From positions 19,318 through 83,317 of the forward strand of contig CAVRJY010000005.1 of NCBI GenBank assembly GCA_963721805.1: a DNA stretch of 64,000 nucleotides, written 5' to 3'. A program made the position numbers and the translations under genes. The stretch's first letter is position 1. Each line of letters starts with the position of its first letter. A model generated the notes under the pieces. That model made no database searches. It had not been told where the DNA came from and saw only the letters and a list, made by a program, of their open reading frames with translations. Origin of the DNA: Nitrospirota bacterium. GTDB lineage: Bacteria > Nitrospirota > Thermodesulfovibrionia > Thermodesulfovibrionales > JdFR-86. Shown piece by piece: positions 34,507 through 44,181 of the stretch.

Positions 34507-35391
34507 GTGGAGCTGCTCGACGTGGTGTTTTCGGTCTCGGGCGTCAAGACCAACATACTCCTGCCGCCGCTGGTCGCGATGGCGATATCGTTTTTCACCT
34601 CGATGGGCGGCGTGTCGGGCGCGTTTCTGCTCCTGCCGTTTCAGATGAGCGTGCTTGGGTACACGAGCCCCTCGGTGAGTTCCACTAACTTCGTCTATAA
34701 CATCGTCGCGATCCCAAGCGGGGTCTACCGTTTTATACGCGAGGGCAGGATGTTCTGGCCGCTTACGATGGTGATAATCCTCGGCACCCTGCCCGGCGTA
34801 TTCATCGGATATTACGTCCGCGTGCTGTGGCTCCCGGACCCCAGGCGGTTCATGGCGTTCGCGGGCTGGGTGCTCTTATACATCGGCGGCAGGCTCGCAT
34901 ACGGCCTTATCAGGGAGCGCGCGACTATGCCTGTCGCGATACCGCCCAGGGGCTCGGTCGTTACCCCGGTCTCGGTAAGGCTGCGGCGCGTGGAGTTCGA
35001 TTTCCTCGGGGAGCGCCACGGCTTCAGCACGATAGGGATGTTCATGCTCGCGCTGGTGGTCGGAGTGATCGGCGGGACGTACGGCATCGGCGGGGGCGCG
35101 ATCATCGCGCCGTTTTGCGTCGCGATATTCGGGCTCCCGGTATACGCGGTGGCAGGGGCGGCGCTCATGGGCACGCTTATCACCTCGGTCGCGGGGGTCG
35201 CATTCTATAGCATCATACCCTCGGCCCAGAACACCCAGCCTGACTGGGCATTAGGCGCTTTATTCGGCGCGGGCGGGTTCGTGGGGGTATATCTCGGCGC
35301 AAGATGCCAGAGGTTTGTGCCCCAGCGCTACATCAAGATCATGCTCACCCTTGTCCTCCTCGGTCTCGCGGCGAAGTATTTGCTAAGGTAG
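34507..35391 (+). CDS. TauE/SafE-family (TSUP) anion exporter
   Basis: 294-aa polytopic ORF with duplicated 4-TM halves (GGVSGAFLLLP, GIGGGAIIAP). Confidence 0.75.
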   Translation: MELLDVVFSVSGVKTNILLPPLVAMAISFFTSMGGVSGAFLLLPFQMSVLGYTSPSVSSTNFVYNIVAIPSGVYRFIREGRMFWPLTMVIILGTLPGVFIGYYVRVLWLPDPRRFMAFAGWVLLYIGGRLAYGLIRERATMPVAIPPRGSVVTPVSVRLRRVEFDFLGERHGFSTIGMFMLALVVGVIGGTYGIGGGAIIAPFCVAIFGLPVYAVAGAALMGTLITSVAGVAFYSIIPSAQNTQPDWALGALFGAGGFVGVYLGARCQRFVPQRYIKIMLTLVLLGLAAKYLLR

Positions 35392-35398
35392 GGTACTG

Positions 35399-35597
35399 AC
35401 GCTTTTTGGAAAGTCGCACTAAATCGCGTGATACTGCGTCGCGAGTCAAAAATCGCCCTCGGAGTACATCCCAGTACACCATCGGGCGGTCTTCTCGCCG
35501 CTCCTAGTCTGACGCGATTTATCGCGCTTTGGTGTAGCCTCGCATAATCGCGCGAGCGGTCAACGGCATTTATTAGAGCATCCCAGCCGCTGCCCCT
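35399..35597 (-). repeat. SRE copy R11 (mosaic: head type 2, body type 1, tail type 2)
   Basis: Head GGTCAACGGCAT at 35558-35569, TTATTAGAGCAT, and extension CCCAGCCGCTGCCCC at 35582-35596. Confidence 0.85.
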
Positions 35598-35725
35598 CGG
35601 ACTGGCGATGAAATATTTCATGAGATAAAATCCGCTCGCGATGTTTTGAAAAATATTGTATTATTCATCATCCTTGCGAGTTGAGCAAATTTTGTATCTA
35701 AAGGGGTTTATTGGAGGTTAATCCG

Positions 35726-36310
35726 ATGGAACTAAAATTAAAAGATATGTATAGCTATCTGCTCTCACATACTTTCCCGGGGTTATTTTTTGGGATAGAG
35801 ATAATGTTTATATTCAAATGGTTTATGAACGTCGATTTGATATCACCAATCATTATTGAATTTACAAAGCCTGACAATGCAGGCATCGTCATTGCAGTGG
35901 TTGTTCTCTCATATGCTTTTTCCACACTATTGGGTTTCGTACTCGACGGTATCCATCATTTTGTATATGAAGATTTCATGCGAAAATTCGATGGATATAA
36001 AGATGACGATATTTTTGCTGCTATAAATACAATTGAGCGGATGCAAATATACCAACATTTCGTTGAAGATGATTACTGGTACCCCTATGAAGCATATGCA
36101 AATATTAGCATTGCAATGTTGCCTGGCCTTTTTTTATTGACATACAAGCTAATTAATTTAGGGATTACGTGGTGGATCATCTGCTTATTTACTATCGTAT
36201 ATATTTTAATCCTCTATATTATGTTTTATGAAGCAAAATGCACATATGAATGCTGCTGCGATAGAGAAGAACAAATAATTAAAAATTTTAGCAATGATAA
36301 GAAAGAATAA
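35726..36310 (+). CDS. AT-rich polytopic membrane protein, hypothetical
   Basis: GGAGG RBS then ATG at 35726. Four or so hydrophobic segments and a CCC motif near the C-terminus. Confidence 0.5.
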   Translation: MELKLKDMYSYLLSHTFPGLFFGIEIMFIFKWFMNVDLISPIIIEFTKPDNAGIVIAVVVLSYAFSTLLGFVLDGIHHFVYEDFMRKFDGYKDDDIFAAINTIERMQIYQHFVEDDYWYPYEAYANISIAMLPGLFLLTYKLINLGITWWIICLFTIVYILILYIMFYEAKCTYECCCDREEQIIKNFSNDKKE

Positions 36311-36334
36311 TGGCATTTTTACAGAGAACGATGA

Positions 36335-36850
36335 ATGGTTAAAATAGAAGTGGTCAAACAATTTGATGAGCAAACATTGAAAGATATCTTATTTATCCTA
36401 AGAGATTCTTTCCCATTACAATGGCGGTATGATGATGATTATACCTATTACAAATCAATGTTAAACAATAAAATGAACATACATCTTTTTCTAATAGTTG
36501 ATGGTAGGAGAGTTGGTTATTTACATGCAATCCCTCATGTTGATGCGGCAGATGAATTGAAAGAAGATGATCCAGAAATGCGACCCGACTCTTCAATGTA
36601 TTATATTGAAGTCGTAGGAATACGTTCCGAATACCGAGGCAGAAAAGGTTTTACGCTCATGCTTGAAGCATTAAAGCATGAATGCAGATTAAGAGGCATA
36701 AGCAAAATATCGTTGCATGCAAGGGTTCACACTAATTTTAGCGAGATTATTCAACATAAACTAAATGTCGATACTATAAGAAGGGTTGAGAAATGGAAAC
36801 ATTACAATTTTGAAGAACCTACTGATTATATTGAGGCATCTTTCTATTAA
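36335..36850 (+). CDS. GNAT-family N-acetyltransferase (cargo paralog 1)
   Basis: 171 aa, YIEVVGIRSEYRGRKGFTLMLEAL acetyl-CoA-binding-type motif. About 35 percent identical by eye to 51807..52331. Confidence 0.65.
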   Translation: MVKIEVVKQFDEQTLKDILFILRDSFPLQWRYDDDYTYYKSMLNNKMNIHLFLIVDGRRVGYLHAIPHVDAADELKEDDPEMRPDSSMYYIEVVGIRSEYRGRKGFTLMLEALKHECRLRGISKISLHARVHTNFSEIIQHKLNVDTIRRVEKWKHYNFEEPTDYIEASFY

Positions 36851-36904
36851 TTACACCAACCGATGAGTTCTTCGACACTTGAGTCCACCGGCACCCATGA
36901 TAAT

Positions 36905-37096
36905 CTCTAATTAATGCCGTTGACCTTGGGGTGCGGGGTCCAGCGGCTGGATCGCATAACCCCGAAAGCGCGCCCAAATCGTCTTCAGACAAGGAAACGG
37001 CGAGGAAAACGTCCGATGGTGTACTGAGACGTACATCGAGGACGGATTTCCGAGACGTGACGCAGTATCAAGCGATTTGGAGCGCTTTGAAGAAGG
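36905..37096 (+). repeat. SRE copy R12 (mosaic: head variant a, body type 2, tail type 1)
   Basis: CTCTAATTAAT plus GCCGTTGACC at 36916-36925. Tail ...GCGCTTTGAAGAAGG ends 7 nt before the PilZ stop. Confidence 0.85.
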
Positions 37097-37103
37097 CACC
37101 AGA

Positions 37104-37391
37104 CTAGTTGAACTGCACTCCCACGCGGTAGAGGTTGGAGGTTAGGCGCGAGGTCCACATCACCTGCGCCGTACACGGACAGTGCATGATCTCGGCGCTC
37201 GTGATCTCGATCTCGGTGCCCGCCTGCAGCGGGACGGAAGTGAACAGGCCCGCGCCGTTACGGCTCAGGTTGGTCGTAACGGCCGAGCAGGTGTCATACT
37301 CCGTGCGGCCGTAAACGCTCTTAAGGTAAGCGTAGTCGATCGTAACGCTGTAGAAATCGCGCCTGTCAGTCCTCTTGTCAGATGCCGCCAT
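37104..37391 (-). CDS. PilZ domain protein
   Basis: 95 aa with RRDFY (RxxxR-like) and NLSRNGAG (D/NxSxxG) c-di-GMP-binding motifs. Confidence 0.65.
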   Translation of the reverse strand: MAASDKRTDRRDFYSVTIDYAYLKSVYGRTEYDTCSAVTTNLSRNGAGLFTSVPLQAGTEIEITSAEIMHCPCTAQVMWTSRLTSNLYRVGVQFN

Positions 37392-37534
37392 GCATCTCTC
37401 CCTCGCGCCTGCCCGTGAAACCCCCTAGGCCAGGCACCATTAAAATACACCTTTCATGCCGTATAGGCAAATTAAATATATTTATGAGAGCGATCCGCCG
37501 CGCCTATGGGCCGGGTGGCTTATAATAATGAACG

Positions 37535-38737
37535 ATGTTGGATGCCTTGAAGCTCATGGCCGTATTCGCGGCGGTGGTCGCGCTGCTGCGCTACAAGGTC
37601 CCCGTAGGGCTCTCGATGCTCGGCGGCGCGCTCCTGATGGCGCTGCTCTACGCGATGCCGCCGGGCGCGATCATGGACGCAGCGCGGGTCGCATTCATAG
37701 GCAGGACGACGTTTGAGTTCCTGGGGGCGCTGATGCTGATCCGCGTGCTGGAGCAGGTGATGAGGGAGCGCGAGCTGCTGGCGCGGATGATGTCGGCCTC
37801 GCGCGCGTATCTCATAAGCCGGAGGGCCGGGATCGTCGCGATGCCCATCCTGATCGGGCTTCTGCCCTCTGTAGGCGGGGCGTATTTCTCGGCCCCGATG
37901 GTCGAGGAGTCGACGGCCGGCACGGGGATGACGGCCGAGGAGAAGGGGTTTATCAACTTCTGGTTCCGCCACATATGGGAGCCGACGCTGCCGCTCTATC
38001 CGGGCCTGCTGCTCGCGACCGCGGTCTCGGGGCTGCCGCTGCGCACGCTCGTCGCGGCCAACACCGGCGTGACCCTCGTGATCCTCATAACCGGCTTCGT
38101 CTTCAGCATGCGCGACCTGCGGGGGCTCCGCGCCGAGGCCGCAACGCGCAACCCGCGCGAGCTCTGGAGCTTCCTGCCCCTGGTCGCGATACTCGTTATG
38201 GTGATGGCGTTTAACGTGACGCTCTATATCGCGATGGCCGTGGCCATAGCGGGGCTTTACGCCGTATGCCGCATGAGCTGGCGCGAGATAGGCCGCTCGC
38301 TGCGCGCCGGGCTGTCGTGGGAGCTGGTGGCGCTGATCTGGGGCGTGATGTTCTTTAAGGCCGTGATGGAGGGCTCCGGGGCGGTGGGGGGCATGAGCGC
38401 GTCGTTCGCGGGGGCCGGGATACCGCTATGGGCCGCGCTCGCGGTGCTGCCGTTTCTGACAGGGCTGTTGACCGGCTTCACCATCGGATTCGTCGGCGCG
38501 ACCTTCCCGCTCCTGCTGAGCCTGCCCGGCGGGGGCTCGGTTGCGGCCGTGAGCTTCGCCTTCGCGTGCGGGTACATAGGGGTGCTGCTCTCGCCCGTGC
38601 ATATATGCTTCGTGCTCACGCGCGACTATTTCAAGGCGGACCTCGGCGGCAGCTACAGGATGATGCTCCTGCCTCTGGTGCTCGTCGCGGCATACTCAGC
38701 CGCGCAGTACGCGGCGCTCTCGCTCTGGATGCGATAG
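37535..38737 (+). CDS. Polytopic membrane protein, DUF401-like / transporter-like
   Basis: 400-aa ORF with more than 10 hydrophobic segments. Family call from overall look only. Confidence 0.5.
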   Translation: MLDALKLMAVFAAVVALLRYKVPVGLSMLGGALLMALLYAMPPGAIMDAARVAFIGRTTFEFLGALMLIRVLEQVMRERELLARMMSASRAYLISRRAGIVAMPILIGLLPSVGGAYFSAPMVEESTAGTGMTAEEKGFINFWFRHIWEPTLPLYPGLLLATAVSGLPLRTLVAANTGVTLVILITGFVFSMRDLRGLRAEAATRNPRELWSFLPLVAILVMVMAFNVTLYIAMAVAIAGLYAVCRMSWREIGRSLRAGLSWELVALIWGVMFFKAVMEGSGAVGGMSASFAGAGIPLWAALAVLPFLTGLLTGFTIGFVGATFPLLLSLPGGGSVAAVSFAFACGYIGVLLSPVHICFVLTRDYFKADLGGSYRMMLLPLVLVAAYSAAQYAALSLWMR

Positions 38738-38815
38738 CGCACGCATCTTGACACATCGACTGCGGTTACTATACTTTAGAAGTTTGGGGGAGAATGATTA
38801 CGGAGGATTGCACTG

Positions 38816-40444
38816 ATGTTTATTAAGCTCAATATAGGCCAGAGGCTCGGGGCCGGCTTCACGCTGCTGGTCGCGCTGATGGTCCTGCTCGTGATAATAG
38901 GCCTGGTCGGGATGAAGAAGATCCGCACCGAACTCGACATCGTCGTCGGCGAGAACAACGTAAGGGCGGTCACGGCCAACGAGATGGTCGAGCAGGTCCG
39001 AAACGTCGCGATCACTATCCGCAACATCCTGCTGACCACGGACCAGGCATTCGTCGGGGCCGAGGTCGATAGCGTCAAGGAGCGCCGCGCGATCTACAAC
39101 AAGGACTTCGAGAAGCTCGTGCTCATGATCCCGAAGGAAGACTCCCAGGCATGGGCCCTGATACAGAAGGTCAAGGAGGCGCAGGCCATTGCCGGCCCGC
39201 TGACCAACAAGGTAATAGACCTCGGGCTCGACGGCAGGGACAAAGAGGCCGCCGAGATCATGATCAAGGAGACCGGCCCGGCGGTCGGCGACCTCATCGA
39301 CGCGCTCCAGACGCTGGCCGACTTCCAGCAGTACGAGACCGAACTCGCGTACCAGTCCGCGCAGGTCACGTACAAGAAGGCCCAGATCATACTGCTTGCC
39401 ATCGCGGCCGTCGCGATACTGATCGCGATCATCGCGGCTACGGTGCTCCGGCGCGGGATCATAAGACCCCTCAACGCGGGCGTCGACGCCGCGGGCATGA
39501 TAGCGCGCGGGGACCTCACCCTGAAGATCGACGGCGGCGGCACCGACGAGATCGGCCTCCTGATGCGCTCGATGAAGGACATGGCCGACAAGCTCCGCGG
39601 GATCATCGGCCAGATCAAGGCCGTGTCGGTCTCGCTCAACGACGCCAGCACGCACCTGAGCGGGAAGTCCGAGCAGATATCCGAGACGACCTCCAGCCAG
39701 TCCTCGCGCTCCACGCAGATAGCGACCTCGGCCGAGGAGCTCACCCAGACCGTCATAGACGTCGCCAGAAACGCTTCCAGCATCGCCGACAGCGCCAAGA
39801 GCACGGTAGAGAAGGCCCAGGAGGGCGACCGCATCGTCGAGGCCTCGGTCAAGGAGATCCGCGAGATCGCGACCGCCGTAAGCGGCACCTCGAAGGTGCT
39901 GGAGTCCCTGCACGAGCGCTCGAAGCAGATCGGCGAGATCGTCAAGGTCATCAACGACATCGCGGACCAGACGAACCTGCTGGCCTTAAACGCGGCCATC
40001 GAGGCAGCGCGCGCGGGGGAGCAGGGCCGCGGCTTCGCGGTCGTCGCGGACGAGGTAAGGAAGCTCGCCGAGCGCACCGCGCGCGCGACCTCGGAGATCG
40101 GCGGGATGATAACCTCGATCCAGCGCGAGGTCGACGAGTCGGTCGGCTCGATGAAGGGCGCTATCACGAAGGTCGACACCGGCGTGCAGCTCTCGACCCG
40201 CGCCGGACAGCAGCTCAAGGAGATAGTCTCCAGCATCAGCGACCTGCAGGGCCTCGTCCAGCAGATAGCGTCTGCCACCGAGGAGATGTCCGCCGTGGCC
40301 GAGGGCATAGGCTCGGACATATCGAGCATCGCTGAGTCGTCAAACGACCTGTCCTCGGGCACGATAGAGATCGCGCGCTCATCGTCCGAACTGGCGCAGA
40401 TAGCTTCGACGCTCAAGCACACGATGGACGGGTTTAAGATCTAG
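38816..40444 (+). CDS. Methyl-accepting chemotaxis protein
   Basis: N-terminal TM plus sensor, HAMP, and the highly conserved signalling hairpin (IADQTNLLALNAAIEAARAGEQGRGFAVVADEVRKLAERT). Confidence 0.9.
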   Translation: MFIKLNIGQRLGAGFTLLVALMVLLVIIGLVGMKKIRTELDIVVGENNVRAVTANEMVEQVRNVAITIRNILLTTDQAFVGAEVDSVKERRAIYNKDFEKLVLMIPKEDSQAWALIQKVKEAQAIAGPLTNKVIDLGLDGRDKEAAEIMIKETGPAVGDLIDALQTLADFQQYETELAYQSAQVTYKKAQIILLAIAAVAILIAIIAATVLRRGIIRPLNAGVDAAGMIARGDLTLKIDGGGTDEIGLLMRSMKDMADKLRGIIGQIKAVSVSLNDASTHLSGKSEQISETTSSQSSRSTQIATSAEELTQTVIDVARNASSIADSAKSTVEKAQEGDRIVEASVKEIREIATAVSGTSKVLESLHERSKQIGEIVKVINDIADQTNLLALNAAIEAARAGEQGRGFAVVADEVRKLAERTARATSEIGGMITSIQREVDESVGSMKGAITKVDTGVQLSTRAGQQLKEIVSSISDLQGLVQQIASATEEMSAVAEGIGSDISSIAESSNDLSSGTIEIARSSSELAQIASTLKHTMDGFKI

Positions 40445-40499
40445 GGGGCGACTGCCCCCTCTTCCTGTTCGAGCCGCCAGAGGCGACTCTCACTAATAA

Positions 40500-40522
40500 G
40501 GGGCCTGCCGGCCCCTTTTCGC
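40500..40522 (+). terminator. Rho-independent terminator after the MCP gene
   Basis: GGGGCCTGCCGGCCCC followed by TTTT. A second weaker hairpin lies at 40444-40459. Confidence 0.65.
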
Positions 40523-40638
40523 TTTCTAACCCGATATATTCGAAATTCATTGATTCTTCACACGCCAGCGTTAAACTATAAAGTTAGAAACATCCTCTGC
40601 CCGCGCGGAGGGGAAAATCCATTAGGGAGGCGTATCGA

Positions 40639-40872
40639 ATGAGAAAAGTACTGTTAGTCTTGATGGGAGCCGTATTTGCCTTGAGCCTCATGACTTCCGC
40701 GTATGCCATGACAAACTCCGCAACCGCCGGCAAAGGCGCTGGCACCGCGATTGCCGGGACTCAGACCGGGACGCATGCCGGCAAGACCGGAACTCACAGG
40801 CATGCCGGCTACAAGGGCTCGCATAAGCATGCGGCCAACAAGACCGGCGTGGCAAACACGACAGCCAAGTAA
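40639..40872 (+). CDS. Small secreted Gly/Thr/His/Lys-rich protein
   Basis: AGGGAGG RBS, signal peptide MRKVLLVLMGAVFALSLMTSAYA, low-complexity mature part. Confidence 0.5.
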   Translation: MRKVLLVLMGAVFALSLMTSAYAMTNSATAGKGAGTAIAGTQTGTHAGKTGTHRHAGYKGSHKHAANKTGVANTTAK

Positions 40873-40902
40873 TAACTCTGAATATTACGAGCGAAGAGGG
40901 AA

Positions 40903-41034
40903 AGGGGGCCGGATGGCCCCTTCTCTTTTATGGGAGGGGTCCGTGACCCCCGCAGGTGTACTGGGATGTACTCCGAGGGAGCGGCTGCGAGCCGTGACGA
41001 CGTATCACGCGATTTCGGCTCGCTTTCTAGAAGG
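40903..41034 (+). repeat. SRE copy R13 (5'-truncated; begins at the terminator-like hairpin)
   Basis: GGGGGCCGGATGGCCCC plus T-run (40904-40930), GGGGTCCGTGACCCC (40936-40950), then body and tail. The tail overlaps the ccsA-like stop codon. Confidence 0.75.
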
Positions 41035-41764
41035 AGTGTGAGCTTTTCATTAATAGGCTAACTCCGAGGTAGGTGAATAGTACAACCCCGAATCCCGCTG
41101 TGCCGACGATCGAAACCTTCCGCCCCTGCCAGCCGCGTACGAGCCGCGCGTGCAGGTAGAAGCCGTAGTAAATCCAGAGCACCGTGGTCCAGACCTCCTT
41201 CGGGGTCCATAGCCAGTACGTCCCCCACGCGAAATACGCCCATATCCCCCCGGCGATCATCGAGAGGCTGAACAGCCCGTAGCCTGTAAATATAGTGCGG
41301 TACTGCATCCGCTCTATCGCATCGTCGCGCTCGATCAGGTATATCGCACCGAGCACCGTGGCCACGGCGAAGACCGCGTATGAGAAGAACGAGAGCGCCA
41401 CGTGGAGCTCGAACCAGTAGGTGCGCAGAATCGGGGGGAGGAACCCGGCATGAGGGGGCGTGGCGAGGGCGACCGCGGTGCACAGCGCGCAGATGAGCGC
41501 GAGCACTCGGAAGTAGGCCGGGCGCTGCGGGCCTGAGTGGTGCACCGCGAGGCCGAAGGCCGCGACCGAGGCCGCGAGGAAATTAAGCGTATCGTGAACG
41601 CCGATCAGGGGCAGGCGGCCCATCACGAGCCCGCGCGAGGCGATATAGGCAGCCTGCGCGATGAGCCCGGCATACAGCAGCGGCCTCCAGGCCAGCGCGC
41701 CTATGTATAGACCGAGGGCGATAGCTGGCAGCGCGGCCAGGGAGAGGCCCTGTGGGTCGTTCAA
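41027..41764 (-). CDS. ccsA: Cytochrome c biogenesis protein CcsA/ResC family
   Basis: Polytopic 245 aa with the Trp-rich heme-handling motif WGTYWLWTPKEVW. Confidence 0.8.
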   Translation of the reverse strand: MNDPQGLSLAALPAIALGLYIGALAWRPLLYAGLIAQAAYIASRGLVMGRLPLIGVHDTLNFLAASVAAFGLAVHHSGPQRPAYFRVLALICALCTAVALATPPHAGFLPPILRTYWFELHVALSFFSYAVFAVATVLGAIYLIERDDAIERMQYRTIFTGYGLFSLSMIAGGIWAYFAWGTYWLWTPKEVWTTVLWIYYGFYLHARLVRGWQGRKVSIVGTAGFGVVLFTYLGVSLLMKSSHSF

Positions 41765-43119
41765 CCGAAGATCTTTCCGGGGTTGAGGATGCCCTGCGGG
41801 TCGAAGACCGCCTTTATCCCACGCATCAGCGAAAGCTCGCGGGCCTTGATCTCCATGCCGATATAAGGGGCCTTCGTGAGCCCGACGCCGTGCTCGCCCG
41901 AGATCGTGCCTCCAAGTTCGATCACCTTCAGGAATATTTCGCGCACGAGGCCCTCGGCCCGGTGGCGCTCGTCCGGGTCGTCGCGCTCAAACAGGATATT
42001 GACGTGGATGTTGCCGTCCCCGGCATGGCCGAAGTTTACGATCTTTATCTTGCTGCGCTCGCTGAGACCGCGCATGTGCCCGAGCATCTCGGCCATGCGG
42101 CTGCGGGGCACTACGATGTCCTCGCTGATCTTCGCGAGACCTAAATTAAACAGTGCGGGCGAGACCGAGCGGCGGCACTCCCAGAGCCGCTCGCGCGCCG
42201 TGGCGTCCGGGGCGACCTCGGCCTCCCCGCCCAGGCGGCGGACCTCGGCCACGACTCGCGCCGCCTCCTGCTCTATGGCGCGCGGGTGGCCGTCAAGCTC
42301 GATCAGCAGCAGGGCCTCGACGTCCTTCGGCAGGCCGGTCGGCTTGAAGGCCTCTACGGCGCGTATCGCCTCGCGGTCCATGAATTCGAGCGTGCGCGGG
42401 ATTATGCGCGCCGCGGTGATAGCGGCCACGGCCTCCCCGGCCGCCTCGATGTCCGCGAAGTACGCAAGCAGCGTCGTGATCTCGAGCGGCTCGGGCAGCA
42501 CGCGCAGCCGGATCTTCGAGAGCACCACGAGCGTGCCCTCCGATCCGGTGATCAGGCGCGTGAGGTCGTAGCCGACCACACCTTTGTGCGTGCGCACGCC
42601 GGTGTTTATTACCTCGCCGGAGGGCAGCACGCATTCGAGGCCCATCACGTAGTCGCGCGTGACGCCGTATTTTAGCGCCCTCGGGCCGCCCGCGTTTTCG
42701 GCCACGTTGCCGCCCAAGGTGCAGAAGTTCATGCTCGCGGGGTCGGGGGGATAGAACAGCCCGACTCCGGAGAGCGCGCGCTGGAGCCGCCCGTTTATCA
42801 CTCCCGGCTCGACCACGCAGGTGAGGTTCTGCTCGTCGACGTCGAGGATGTGGTTCATGCGCTCGGTGCTCAGCACTATCGCGCCGGTGGAGGGCACCGA
42901 GCCCGCGGTCATCCCGGAGCCCGCGCCGCGCGGCACTATCGGGAGGTTACGCTCAGAGGCGTACCGCACCATCGCCGAGATGTCCTCGGTGCTGCGGGGC
43001 CATGCGACCATCGCGGGCTTCCCCTCGAGGCCGGAGGCGTCGAAGCCGTAGCATACCAGGTCTTCAGGGGAGGTCGAGACCGGCATGTCCGGGAGATTCG
43101 TAAACCCCGTCTTAGACAT
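41761..43119 (-). CDS. FAD-linked oxidase (GlcD-like)
   Basis: 452 aa with an FAD-binding PCMH-type N-domain (PRGAGSGMTAGSVP) and GTISGEHGVGL near the C-terminus. Confidence 0.85.
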   Translation of the reverse strand: MSKTGFTNLPDMPVSTSPEDLVCYGFDASGLEGKPAMVAWPRSTEDISAMVRYASERNLPIVPRGAGSGMTAGSVPSTGAIVLSTERMNHILDVDEQNLTCVVEPGVINGRLQRALSGVGLFYPPDPASMNFCTLGGNVAENAGGPRALKYGVTRDYVMGLECVLPSGEVINTGVRTHKGVVGYDLTRLITGSEGTLVVLSKIRLRVLPEPLEITTLLAYFADIEAAGEAVAAITAARIIPRTLEFMDREAIRAVEAFKPTGLPKDVEALLLIELDGHPRAIEQEAARVVAEVRRLGGEAEVAPDATARERLWECRRSVSPALFNLGLAKISEDIVVPRSRMAEMLGHMRGLSERSKIKIVNFGHAGDGNIHVNILFERDDPDERHRAEGLVREIFLKVIELGGTISGEHGVGLTKAPYIGMEIKARELSLMRGIKAVFDPQGILNPGKIFG

Positions 43120-43123
43120 AGCG

Positions 43124-43996
43124 TTATGCCCTCGCTTTCGTTATCTTGCAGCCCTCGCTTGTTAATTTGCAGCATGCACACCTTGCGGCCGAGCACTCGC
43201 CGGAGATCCCCATGTGGCAGAGCGCAAAGTCATATTTTAACGGATCGGCGGGGTCGAGCGCGCGAAGAGAGGCCGTGATCTCAAGCGCGGTCTTCCAATC
43301 ATTAGAGGCGCGCGACGTAAGAGACAGGCACCGCCCTATGCGGCCGATGTGCGTATCGAGCGGGATGACGAGCTTCGACGGGCTCACGGAGCGCCATAGC
43401 CCCATGTCTATGTCCGCGCGCCTGACCATCCACCTGAGATACAGGCACATGCGCTTCGAGGCCCCGCCCGTGGCCGGGGACGGCAGCATCTGCCTGAGAC
43501 CGGGTGGCAGGCCCAAGGGCCTTCCCTTACCGCCATAGACCGCTGAGGTATCTACGCCCAGTGCCTCGTCGACGAACCCGGCGATCATAGCGCCGGTGTC
43601 CTCGTCATCAGGGCGCATGTGGCGCGTGAACGCGGCTTCTAGCGTGCCGCGGCGGCGGAGCATCTCGCCGGTGATGTATATGAGCGCGGCGATATCATCG
43701 GCGCTCTGGAAGCGGTACTTCGCGCCGCCGAGTTTCTTCGCGTCGCGCCGGGGGTTGAATGAGGCGATGAACTCGTGCGGGTGCTCTCCCATAGCTCTGA
43801 AGAGTCTTTCGAGCACCGCGCTAAATAGCGCGACGCGTCCGTATGCGAGGCAGGCCGAGATGAACCCGACCGCCTCGCGGTCCGGGGCGGCCTTATAGCT
43901 TAAGGGGAAGCGGATCGGGTCGTGCTTCACGCGCTCGGCGAAGGGATAGCTTATATAGAGCCGCTCTAGCATGGCCTTGAGGCTGGCGCGGTTCAT
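43124..43996 (-). CDS. TIGR02757/DUF2400-family protein
   Basis: About 290 aa, KHDPIRFPLSY...ISACLAYGRV. Start set at the Met with ATGA overlap to the upstream small ORF. Confidence 0.65.
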   Translation of the reverse strand: MNRASLKAMLERLYISYPFAERVKHDPIRFPLSYKAAPDREAVGFISACLAYGRVALFSAVLERLFRAMGEHPHEFIASFNPRRDAKKLGGAKYRFQSADDIAALIYITGEMLRRRGTLEAAFTRHMRPDDEDTGAMIAGFVDEALGVDTSAVYGGKGRPLGLPPGLRQMLPSPATGGASKRMCLYLRWMVRRADIDMGLWRSVSPSKLVIPLDTHIGRIGRCLSLTSRASNDWKTALEITASLRALDPADPLKYDFALCHMGISGECSAARCACCKLTSEGCKITKARA

Positions 43997-44181
43997 CGCG
44001 CTTTCTCCGGTTTGGGCTTGAACCCGAAGCAGCCCTCGGCCCCGTAGCACCCCGCGCGCCTGAGCTTGCAGGTGACGTTGACGCAGATCGTCCGCTCGGC
44101 GGCCGACTCGGCGGCCTTCCGGTGCGTGGTGACATACGGGTCTATCGGTGCGGGGCTTGAGTACCTGTCTTTCTTCTTCAT
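43993..44181 (-). CDS. Small Cys-rich basic protein (62 aa)
   Basis: MKKKDRY...CVNVTCKLRRAGCYGAEGCFGF. ATGA coupling to the downstream gene and overlap with the rsmG stop. Confidence 0.4.
   Translation of the reverse strand: MKKKDRYSSPAPIDPYVTTHRKAAESAAERTICVNVTCKLRRAGCYGAEGCFGFKPKPEKAR

Larger units (their letters stand above)
35399..37096. mobile_element. Inverted SRE pair R11...R12 enclosing an AT-rich islet (membrane protein plus GNAT)
   Basis: Junctions GTCAACGGCATTTATTAGAG / CTCTAATTAATGCCGTTGAC are mirror images. Cargo is strongly AT-rich. Confidence 0.6.

Noticed and set aside
36916-36960. TTGACC of the head as a -35 promoter element
   Set aside because: No -10-like hexamer occurs 16-19 nt downstream in any variant; the downstream region is the GC-rich P1 helix.
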